Source of the DNA: Eledone cirrhosa
Lineage: Eukaryota
NCBI GenBank assembly: GCA_964016885.1
Contig: OZ024758.1
Span: 36,146,001 to 36,210,000, forward strand
DNA length: 64,000 nucleotides
Direction of reading: 5' to 3'
The position numbers and the translations under genes are program-made. Shown in pieces: positions 49,900 through 61,800 of this stretch. The notes beneath the pieces were generated by a model, which saw only the letters and a program-made list of their open reading frames with translations, did no database searches and was not told the DNA's origin. The number at the start of each line of letters is the position of its first letter. The stretch's first letter is position 1.

Positions 49900-52800
49900 T
49901 CCAATGTTGGTGAGAATTCATTTAAGTTCATGGTATTAGCTGTCAGAAGTCACTCCAATGTTGGTGAGAATTCATTTAAGTTCATGGTATTAGCAGTCAG
50001 AAGTCAGTCCACTGTTGGTGAGAATTCATTTAAGTTCATGGTACTAGCTGTCAGAAGTAACCCCAATGTTGGTGAGAATTCATTTAAGTTCATGGTATTA
50101 GCTGTCAGAAGTCACTCCAATGTTGGTGAGAATTCATTTAAGTTCATGGTATTAGCTGTCAGAAGTAACTCCACTGTTGGTGAGAATTCATTTAAGTTCA
50201 TGGTATTAGTTTGTCAGAAGTAACTCCACTGTTGGTGAGAATTCATTTAAGTCATGGTATTAGTTGTCAGAAGTAACTCCAATGTTGGTGAGAATTCATT
50301 TAAGTTCATGGTATTAGCTGTCAGAAGGAACTCCACTGTTGGTGAGAATTCATTTAAGTTCATGGTATTAGCTGTCAGAAGGAACTCCAATGTTGGTGAG
50401 AATTCATTTAAGTCATGGTACTAGCTGTCAGAAGTAACTCCACTGTTGGTGAGAATTCATTTAAGTTCATGGTATTAGCTGTCAGAAGGAACGCCACTGT
50501 TGGTGAGAATTCATTTAAGTTCATGGTATTAGCTGTCAGAAGTAACTCCACTGTTGGTGAGAATTCATTTAAGTTCATGATACTAGCTGTCAGAAGTAAC
50601 TCCAATGTTGGTGAGAATTCATTTAAGTTCATGGTATTAGCTGTCAGAAGGAACTCCACTGTTGGTGAGAATTCATTTAAGTTCATGGTATTAGCTGTCA
50701 GAGGTAACTCCACTGTTGGTGAGAATTCATTTAAGTCATGGTATTAGCTGTCAGAAGTAACTCCATTGTTGGTGAGAATTCATTTAAGTCATGGTACTAG
50801 CTGTCAGAAGTAACTCCAATGTTGGTGAGAATTCATTTAAGTCATGGTACTAGCTGTCAGAAGTAACTCCAATGTTGGTGAGAATTCATTTAAGTTCATG
50901 TTATTAGCTGTCAGAAGGAACTCCACTGTTGGTGAGAATTCATTTAAGTTCATGGTATTAGCTGTCAGAAGTAACTCCACTGTTGGTGAGAATTCATTTA
51001 AGTTCATGGTATTAGCTGTCAGAAGTAACTCCACCGTTGGTGAGAATTCATTTAAGTTCATGGTACTAGCTGTCAGAAGTAACTCCAATGTTGGTGAGAA
51101 TTCATTTAAGTTCATGGTATTAGCTGTCAGAAGTAACTCCACTGTTGGTGAGAATTCATTTAAGTCATGGTATTAGCTGTCAGAAGTAACTCCACTGTTG
51201 GTGAGAATTCATTTAAGTTCATGGTATTAGCTGTCAGAAGTAACTCCACTGTTGGTGAGAATTCATTTAAGTTCATGGTACTAGCTGTCAGAAGTAACTC
51301 CAATGTTGGTGAGAATTCATTTAAGTTCATGGTATTAGCTGTCAGAAGTAACTCCACTGTTGGTGAGAATTCATTTAAGTCATGGTATTAGCTGTCAAAA
51401 GTAACCCCACTGTTGGTGAGAATTCATTTAGGTTCATGGTATTAGCTGTCAGAAGTAACTCCACTGTTGGTGAGAATTCATTTAAGTTCATGGTATTAGC
51501 TGTCAGAAGTAACTCCACTGTTGGTGAGAATTCATTTAATTTCATGGTACTAGCTGTCAGAAGTAACTCCACTGTTGTTGAGAATTCATTTAAGTTCATG
51601 GTACTAGCTGTCAGAAGTAACTCCAATGTTGGTGAGAATTCATTTAAGTTCATGGTATTAGCTGTCAGAAGTCACTCCACTGTTGGTGAGAATTCATTTA
51701 AGTTCATGGTATTAGCTGTCAGAAGTAACTCCACTGTTGGTGAGAATTCATTTAATTTCATGGTACTAGCTGTCAGAAGTAACTCCACTGTTGGTGAGAA
51801 TTCATTTAAGTCCATGGTACTAGCTGTCAGAAGTAACTCCAATGTTGGTGAGAATTCATTTAAGTTCATGGTATTAGCTGTCAGAAGTAACTCCACTGTT
51901 GGTGAGAATACATTTAAGTCATGGTATTAGCTGTCAGAAGTAACTCCAATGTTGGTCAGAATTCATTTAAGTTCATGGTATTAGCTGTCAGAAGGAACTC
52001 CACTGTTGCTGAGAATTCATTTAAGTTCATGGTATTAGCTGTCAGAAGTAACTCCACTGTTGGTGAGAATTCATTTAAGTTCATGGTACTAGCTGTCAGA
52101 AGTAACTCCACTGTTGGTGAGAATTCATTTAAGTTCATGGTATTAGCTGTCAGAAGTCACTCCAACGTTGGTGAGAATTCATTTAAGTTCATGGTATTAG
52201 CTGTCAGAAGTCACTCCACTGTTGGTGAGAATTCATTTAAGTTCATGGTACTAGCTGTCGGAAGTAACCCCAATGTTGGTGAGAAATCATTTAATTTCAT
52301 GGTATTAGCTGTCAGAAGTCACTCCAATGTTGGTGAGAATTCATTTAAGTTCATGGTATTAGCTGTCAGAAGTAACTCCACTGTTGGTGAGAATTCATTT
52401 AAGTTCATGGTATTAGCTGTCAGAAGGAACTCCAATGTTGGTGAGAATTCATTTAAGTCATGGTACTAGCTGTCAGAAGTAACTCCACTGTTGGTGAGAA
52501 TTCATTTAAGTTCATGGTATTAGCTGTCAGAAGGAACGCCACTGTTGGTGAGAATTCATTTAAGTTCATGGTATTAGCTGTCAGAAGTAACTCCACTGTT
52601 GGTGAGAATTCATTTAAGTTCATGGTACTAGCTGTCAGAAGTAACTCCAATGTTGGTGAGAATTCATTTAAGTTCATGGTATTAGCTGTCAGAAGTCACT
52701 CCAATGTTGGTGAGAATTCATTTAAGTTCATGGTATTAGCAGTCAGAAGTCAGTCCACTGTTGGTGAGAATTCATTTAAGTTCATGGTACTAGCTGTCAG

Positions 52801-55800
52801 AAGTAACCCCAATGTTGGTGAGAATTCATTTAAGTTCATGGTATTAGCTGTCAGAAGTCACTCCAATGTTGGTGAGAATTCATTTAAGTTCATGGTATTA
52901 GCTGTCAGAAGTAACTCCACTGTTGGTGAGAATTCATTTAAGTTCATGGTATTAGTTTGTCAGAAGTAACTCCACTGTTGGTGAGAATTCATTTAAGTCA
53001 TGGTATTAGTTGTCAGAAGTAACTCCAATGTTGGTGAGAATTCATTTAAGTTCATGGTATTAGCTGTCAGAAGGAACTCCACTGTTGGTGAGAATTCATT
53101 TAAGTTCATGGTATTAGCTGTCAGAAGGAACTCCAATGTTGGTGAGAATTCATTTAAGTCATGGTACTAGCTGTCAGAAGTAACTCCACTGTTGGTGAGA
53201 ATTCATTTAAGTTCATGGTATTAGCTGTCAGAAGGAACGCCACTGTTGGTGAGAATTCATTTAAGTTCATGGTATTAGCTGTCAGAAGTAACTCCACTGT
53301 TGGTGAGAATTCATTTAAGTTCATGGTACTAGCTGTCAGAAGTAACTCCAATGTTGGTGAGAATTCATTTAAGTTCATGGTATTAGCTGTCAGAAGGAAC
53401 TCCACTGTTGGTGAGAATTCATTTAAGTTCATGGTATTAGCTGTCAGAAGTAACTCCACTGTTGGTGAGAATTCATTTAAGTCATGGTATTAGCTGTCAG
53501 AAGTAACTCCATTGTTGGTGAGAATTCATTTAAGTCATGGTACTAGCTGTCAGAAGTAACTCCAATGTTGGTGAGAATTCATTTAAGTCATGGTACTAGC
53601 TGTCAGAAGTAACTCCAATGTTGGTGAGAATTCATTTAAGTTCATGTTATTAGCTGTCAGAAGGAACTCCACTGTTGGTGAGAATTCATTTAAGTTCATG
53701 GTATTAGCTGTCAGAAGTAACTCCACTGTTGGTGAGAATTCATTTAAGTTCATGGTATTAGCTGTCAGAAGTAACTCCACCGTTGGTGAGAATTCATTTA
53801 AGTTCATGGTACTAGCTGTCAGAAGTAACTCCAATGTTGGTGAGAATTCATTTAAGTTCATGGTATTAGCTGTCAGAAGTAACTCCACTGTTGGTGAGAA
53901 TTCATTTAAGTCATGGTATTAGCTGTCAGAAGTCACTCCAATGTTGGTGAGAATTCATTTAAGTTCATGGTATTAGCAGTCAGAAGTCAGTCCACTGTTG
54001 GTGAGAATTCATTTAAGTTCATGGTACTAGCTGTCAGAAGTAACCCCAATGTTGGTGAGAATTCATTTAAGTTCATGGTATTAGCTGTCAGAAGTCACTC
54101 CAATGTTGGTGAGAATTCATTTAAGTTCATGGTATTAGCTGTCAGAAGTAACTCCACTGTTGGTGAGAATTCATTTAAGTTCATGGTATTAGTTTGTCAG
54201 AAGTAACTCCACTGTTGGTGAGAATTCATTTAAGTCATGGTATTAGTTGTCAGAAGTAACTCCAATGTTGGTGAGAATTCATTTAAGTTCATGGTATTAG
54301 CTGTCAGAAGGAACTCCACTGTTGGTGAGAATTCATTTAAGTTCATGGTATTAGCTGTCAGAAGGAACTCCAATGTTGGTGAGAATTCATTTAAGTCATG
54401 GTACTAGCTGTCAGAAGTAACTCCACTGTTGGTGAGAATTCATTTAAGTTCATGGTATTAGCTGTCAGAAGGAACGCCACTGTTGGTGAGAATTCATTTA
54501 AGTCCATGGTATTAGCTGTCAGAAGTAACTCCACTGTTGGTGAGAATTCATTTAAGTTCATGGTACTAGCTGTCAGAAGTAACTCCAATGTTGGTGAGAA
54601 TTCATTTAAGTTCATGGTATTAGCTGTCAGAAGGAACTCCACTGTTGGTGAGAATTCATTTAAGTTCATGGTATTAGCTGTCAGAGGTAACTCCACTGTT
54701 GGTGAGAATTCATTTAAGTCATGGTATTAGCTGTCAGAAGTAACTCCATTGTTGGTGAGAATTCATTTAAGTCATGGTACTAGCTGTCAGAAGTAACTCC
54801 AATGTTGGTGAGAATTCATTTAAGTCATGGTACTAGCTGTCAGAAGTAACTCCAATGTTGGTGAGAATTCATTTAAGTTCATGTTATTAGCTGTCAGAAG
54901 GAACTCCACTGTTGGTGAGAATTCATTTAAGTTCATGGTATTAGCTGTCAGAAGTAACTCCACTGTTGGTGAGAATTCATTTAAGTTCATGGTATTAGCT
55001 GTCAGAAGTAACTCCACCGTTGGTGAGAATTCATTTAAGTTCATGGTACTAGCTGTCAGAAGTAACTCCAATGTTGGTGAGAATTCATTTAAGTTCATGG
55101 TATTAGCTGTCAGAAGTAACTCCACTGTTGGTGAGAATTCATTTAAGTCATGGTATTAGCTGTCAGAAGTAACTCCACTGTTGGTGAGAATTCATTTAAG
55201 TTCATGGTATTAGCTGTCAGAAGTAACTCCACTGTTGGTGAGAATTCATTTAAGTTCATGGTACTAGCTGTCAGAAGTAACTCCAATGTTGGTGAGAATT
55301 CATTTAAGTTCATGGTATTAGCTGTCAGAAGTAACTCCACTGTTGGTGAGAATTCATTTAAGTCATGGTATTAGCTGTCAAAAGTAACCCCACTGTTGGT
55401 GAGAATTCATTTAGGTTCATGGTATTAGCTGTCAGAAGTAACTCCACTGTTGGTGAGAATTCATTTAAGTTCATGGTATTAGCTGCCAGAAGTAACTCCA
55501 CTGTTGGTGAGAATTCATTTAATTTCATGGTACTAGCTGTCAGAAGTAACTCCACTGTTGGTGAGAATTCATTTAAGTTCATGGTACTAGCTGTCAGAAG
55601 TAACTCCAATGTTGGTGAGAATTCATTTAAGTTCATGGTATTAGCTGTCAGAAGTCACTCCACTGTTGGTGAGAATTCATTTAAGTTCATGGTATTAGCT
55701 GTCAGAAGTAACTCCACTGTTGGTGAGAATTCATTTAAGTCATGGTATTAGCTGTCAGAAGTAACTCCATTGTTGGTGAGAATTCATTTAAGTCATGGTA

Positions 55801-58800
55801 CTAGCTGTCAGAAGTAACTCCAATGTTGGTGAGAATTCATTTAAGTCATGGTACTAGCTGTCAGAAGTAACTCCAATGTTGGTGAGAATTCATTTAAGTT
55901 CATGTTATTAGCTGTCAGAAGGAACTCCACTGTTGGTGAGAATTCATTTAAGTTCATGGTATTAGCTGTCAGAAGTAACTCCACTGTTGGTGAGAATTCA
56001 TTTAAGTTCATGGTATTAGCTGTCAGAAGTAACTCCACCGTTGGTGAGAATTCATTTAAGTTCATGGTACTAGCTGTCAGAAGTAACTCCAATGTTGGTG
56101 AGAATTCATTTAAGTTCATGGTATTAGCTGTCAGAAGTAACTCCACTGTTGGTGAGAATTCATTTAAGTCATGGTATTAGCTGTCAGAAGTCACTCCAAT
56201 GTTGGTGAGAATTCATTTAAGTTCATGGTATTAGCAGTCAGAAGTCAGTCCACTGTTGGTGAGAATTCATTTAAGTTCATGGTACTAGCTGTCAGAAGTA
56301 ACCCCAATGTTGGTGAGAATTCATTTAAGTTCATGGTATTAGCTGTCAGAAGTCACTCCAATGTTGGTGAGAATTCATTTAAGTTCATGGTATTAGCTGT
56401 CAGAAGTAACTCCACTGTTGGTGAGAATTCATTTAAGTTCATGGTATTAGTTTGTCAGAAGTAACTCCACTGTTGGTGAGAATTCATTTAAGTCATGGTA
56501 TTAGTTGTCAGAAGTAACTCCAATGTTGGTGAGAATTCATTTAAGTTCATGGTATTAGCTGTCAGAAGGAACTCCACTGTTGGTGAGAATTCATTTAAGT
56601 TCATGGTATTAGCTGTCAGAAGGAACTCCAATGTTGGTGAGAATTCATTTAAGTCATGGTACTAGCTGTCAGAAGTAACTCCACTGTTGGTGAGAATTCA
56701 TTTAAGTTCATGGTATTAGCTGTCAGAAGGAACGCCACTGTTGGTGAGAATTCATTTAAGTCCATGGTATTAGCTGTCAGAAGTAACTCCACTGTTGGTG
56801 AGAATTCATTTAAGTTCATGGTACTAGCTGTCAGAAGTAACTCCAATGTTGGTGAGAATTCATTTAAGTTCATGGTATTAGCTGTCAGAAGGAACTCCAC
56901 TGTTGGTGAGAATTCATTTAAGTTCATGGTATTAGCTGTCAGAGGTAACTCCACTGTTGGTGAGAATTCATTTAAGTCATGGTATTAGCTGTCAGAAGTA
57001 ACTCCATTGTTGGTGAGAATTCATTTAAGTCATGGTACTAGCTGTCAGAAGTAACTCCAATGTTGGTGAGAATTCATTTAAGTCATGGTACTAGCTGTCA
57101 GAAGTAACTCCAATGTTGGTGAGAATTCATTTAAGTTCATGTTATTAGCTGTCAGAAGGAACTCCACTGTTGGTGAGAATTCATTTAAGTTCATGGTATT
57201 AGCTGTCAGAAGTAACTCCACTGTTGGTGAGAATTCATTTAAGTTCATGGTATTAGCTGTCAGAAGTAACTCCACCGTTGGTGAGAATTCATTTAAGTTC
57301 ATGGTACTAGCTGTCAGAAGTAACTCCAATGTTGGTGAGAATTCATTTAAGTTCATGGTATTAGCTGTCAGAAGTAACTCCACTGTTGGTGAGAATTCAT
57401 TTAAGTCATGGTATTAGCTGTCAGAAGTAACTCCACTGTTGGTGAGAATTCATTTAAGTTCATGGTATTAGCTGTCAGAAGTAACTCCACTGTTGGTGAG
57501 AATTCATTTAAGTTCATGGTACTAGCTGTCAGAAGTAACTCCAATGTTGGTGAGAATTCATTTAAGTTCATGGTATTAGCTGTCAGAAGTAACTCCACTG
57601 TTGGTGAGAATTCATTTAAGTCATGGTATTAGCTGTCAAAAGTAACCCCACTGTTGGTGAGAATTCATTTAGGTTCATGGTATTAGCTGTCAGAAGTAAC
57701 TCCAATGTTGGTGAGAATTCATTTAAGTTCATGGTATTAGCTGTCAGAAGTAACTCCACTGTTGGTGAGAATACATTTAAGTCATGGTATTAGCTGTCAG
57801 AAGTAACTCCAATGTTGGTCAGAATTCATTTAAGTTCATGGTATTAGCTGTCAGAAGGAACTCCACTGTTGCTGAGAATTCATTTAAGTTCATGGTATTA
57901 GCTGTCAGAAGTAACTCCACTGTTGGTGAGAATTCATTTAAGTTCATGGTACTAGCTGTCAGAAGTAACTCCACTGTTGGTGAGAATTCATTTAAGTTCA
58001 TGGTATTAGCTGTCAGAAGTCACTCCAACGTTGGTGAGAATTCATTTAAGTTCATGGTATTAGCTGTCAGAAGTCACTCCACTGTTGGTGAGAATTCATT
58101 TAAGTTCATGGTACTAGCTGTCGGAAGTAACCCCAATGTTGGTGAGAAATCATTTAATTTCATGGTATTAGCTGTCAGAAGTCACTCCAATGTTGGTGAG
58201 AATTCATTTAAGTTCATGGTATTAGCTGTCAGAAGTAACTCCACTGTTGGTGAGAATTCATTTAAGTTCATGGTATTAGCTGTCAGAAGGAACTCCAATG
58301 TTGGTGAGAATTCATTTAAGTCATGGTACTAGCTGTCAGAAGTAACTCCACTGTTGGTGAGAATTCATTTAAGTTCATGGTATTAGCTGTCAGAAGGAAC
58401 GCCACTGTTGGTGAGAATTCATTTAAGTTCATGGTATTAGCTGTCAGAAGTAACTCCACTGTTGGTGAGAATTCATTTAAGTTCATGGTACTAGCTGTCA
58501 GAAGTAACTCCAATGTTGGTGAGAATTCATTTAAGTTCATGGTATTAGCTGTCAGAAGTCACTCCAATGTTGGTGAGAATTCATTTAAGTTCATGGTATT
58601 AGCAGTCAGAAGTCAGTCCACTGTTGGTGAGAATTCATTTAAGTTCATGGTACTAGCTGTCAGAAGTAACCCCAATGTTGGTGAGAATTCATTTAAGTTC
58701 ATGGTATTAGCTGTCAGAAGTCACTCCAATGTTGGTGAGAATTCATTTAAGTTCATGGTATTAGCTGTCAGAAGTAACTCCACTGTTGGTGAGAATTCAT

Positions 58801-61800
58801 TTAAGTTCATGGTATTAGTTTGTCAGAAGTAACTCCACTGTTGGTGAGAATTCATTTAAGTCATGGTATTAGTTGTCAGAAGTAACTCCAATGTTGGTGA
58901 GAATTCATTTAAGTTCATGGTATTAGCTGTCAGAAGGAACTCCACTGTTGGTGAGAATTCATTTAAGTTCATGGTATTAGCTGTCAGAAGGAACTCCAAT
59001 GTTGGTGAGAATTCATTTAAGTCATGGTACTAGCTGTCAGAAGTAACTCCACTGTTGGTGAGAATTCATTTAAGTTCATGGTATTAGCTGTCAGAAGGAA
59101 CGCCACTGTTGGTGAGAATTCATTTAAGTTCATGGTATTAGCTGTCAGAAGTAACTCCACTGTTGGTGAGAATTCATTTAAGTTCATGGTACTAGCTGTC
59201 AGAAGTAACTCCAATGTTGGTGAGAATTCATTTAAGTTCATGGTATTAGCTGTCAGAAGGAACTCCACTGTTGGTGAGAATTCATTTAAGTTCATGGTAT
59301 TAGCTGTCAGAAGTAACTCCACTGTTGGTGAGAATTCATTTAAGTCATGGTATTAGCTGTCAGAAGTAACTCCATTGTTGGTGAGAATTCATTTAAGTCA
59401 TGGTACTAGCTGTCAGAAGTAACTCCAATGTTGGTGAGAATTCATTTAAGTCATGGTACTAGCTGTCAGAAGTAACTCCAATGTTGGTGAGAATTCATTT
59501 AAGTTCATGTTATTAGCTGTCAGAAGGAACTCCACTGTTGGTGAGAATTCATTTAAGTTCATGGTATTAGCTGTCAGAAGTAACTCCACTGTTGGTGAGA
59601 ATTCATTTAAGTTCATGGTATTAGCTGTCAGAAGTAACTCCACCGTTGGTGAGAATTCATTTAAGTTCATGGTACTAGCTGTCAGAAGTAACTCCAATGT
59701 TGGTGAGAATTCATTTAAGTTCATGGTATTAGCTGTCAGAAGTAACTCCACTGTTGGTGAGAATTCATTTAAGTCATGGTATTAGCTGTCAGAAGTCACT
59801 CCAATGTTGGTGAGAATTCATTTAAGTTCATGGTATTAGCAGTCAGAAGTCAGTCCACTGTTGGTGAGAATTCATTTAAGTTCATGGTACTAGCTGTCAG
59901 AAGTAACCCCAATGTTGGTGAGAATTCATTTAAGTTCATGGTATTAGCTGTCAGAAGTCACTCCAATGTTGGTGAGAATTCATTTAAGTTCATGGTATTA
60001 GCTGTCAGAAGTAACTCCACTGTTGGTGAGAATTCATTTAAGTTCATGGTATTAGTTTGTCAGAAGTAACTCCACTGTTGGTGAGAATTCATTTAAGTCA
60101 TGGTATTAGTTGTCAGAAGTAACTCCAATGTTGGTGAGAATTCATTTAAGTTCATGGTATTAGCTGTCAGAAGGAACTCCACTGTTGGTGAGAATTCATT
60201 TAAGTTCATGGTATTAGCTGTCAGAAGGAACTCCAATGTTGGTGAGAATTCATTTAAGTCATGGTACTAGCTGTCAGAAGTAACTCCACTGTTGGTGAGA
60301 ATTCATTTAAGTTCATGGTATTAGCTGTCAGAAGGAACGCCACTGTTGGTGAGAATTCATTTAAGTTCATGGTATTAGCTGTCAGAAGTAACTCCACTGT
60401 TGGTGAGAATTCATTTAAGTTCATGGTACTAGCTGTCAGAAGTAACTCCAATGTTGGTGAGAATTCATTTAAGTTCATGGTATTAGCTGTCAGAAGGAAC
60501 TCCACTGTTGGTGAGAATTCATTTAAGTTCATGGTATTAGCTGTCAGAGGTAACTCCACTGTTGGTGAGAATTCATTTAAGTCATGGTATTAGCTGTCAG
60601 AAGTAACTCCATTGTTGGTGAGAATTCATTTAAGTCATGGTACTAGCTGTCAGAAGTAACTCCAATGTTGGTGAGAATTCATTTAAGTCATGGTACTAGC
60701 TGTCAGAAGTAACTCCAATGTTGGTGAGAATTCATTTAAGTTCATGTTATTAGCTGTCAGAAGGAACTCCACTGTTGGTGAGAATTCATTTAAGTTCATG
60801 GTATTAGCTGTCAGAAGTAACTCCACTGTTGGTGAGAATTCATTTAAGTTCATGGTATTAGCTGTCAGAAGTAACTCCACCGTTGGTGAGAATTCATTTA
60901 AGTTCATGGTACTAGCTGTCAGAAGTAACTCCAATGTTGGTGAGAATTCATTTAAGTTCATGGTATTAGCTGTCAGAAGTAACTCCACTGTTGGTGAGAA
61001 TTCATTTAAGTCATGGTATTAGCTGTCAGAAGTAACTCCACTGTTGGTGAGAATTCATTTAAGTTCATGGTATTAGCTGTCAGAAGTAACTCCACTGTTG
61101 GTGAGAATTCATTTAAGTTCATGGTACTAGCTGTCAGAAGTAACTCCAATGTTGGTGAGAATTCATTTAAGTTCATGGTATTAGCTGTCAGAAGTAACTC
61201 CACTGTTGGTGAGAATTCATTTAAGTCATGGTATTAGCTGTCAAAAGTAACCCCACTGTTGGTGAGAATTCATTTAGGTTCATGGTATTAGCTGTCAGAA
61301 GTAACTCCACTGTTGGTGAGAATTCATTTAAGTTCATGGTATTAGCTGTCAGAAGTAACTCCACTGTTGGTGAGAATTCATTTAATTTCATGGTACTAGC
61401 TGTCAGAAGTAACTCCACTGTTGGTGAGAATTCATTTAAGTTCATGGTACTAGCTGTCAGAAGTAACTCCAATGTTGGTGAGAATTCATTTAAGTTCATG
61501 GTATTAGCTGTCAGAAGTCACTCCACTGTTGGTGAGAATTCATTTAAGTTCATGGTATTAGCTGTCAGAAGTAACTCCACTGTTGGTGAGAATTCATTTA
61601 ATTTCATGGTACTAGCTGTCAGAAGTAACTCCACTGTTGGTGAGAATTCATTTAAGTTCATGGTACTAGCTGTCAGAAGTAACTCCAATGTTGGTGAGAA
61701 TTCATTTAAGTTCATGGTATTAGCTGTCAGAAGTAACTCCACTGTTGGTGAGAATACATTTAAGTCATGGTATTAGCTGTCAGAAGTAACTCCAATGTTG

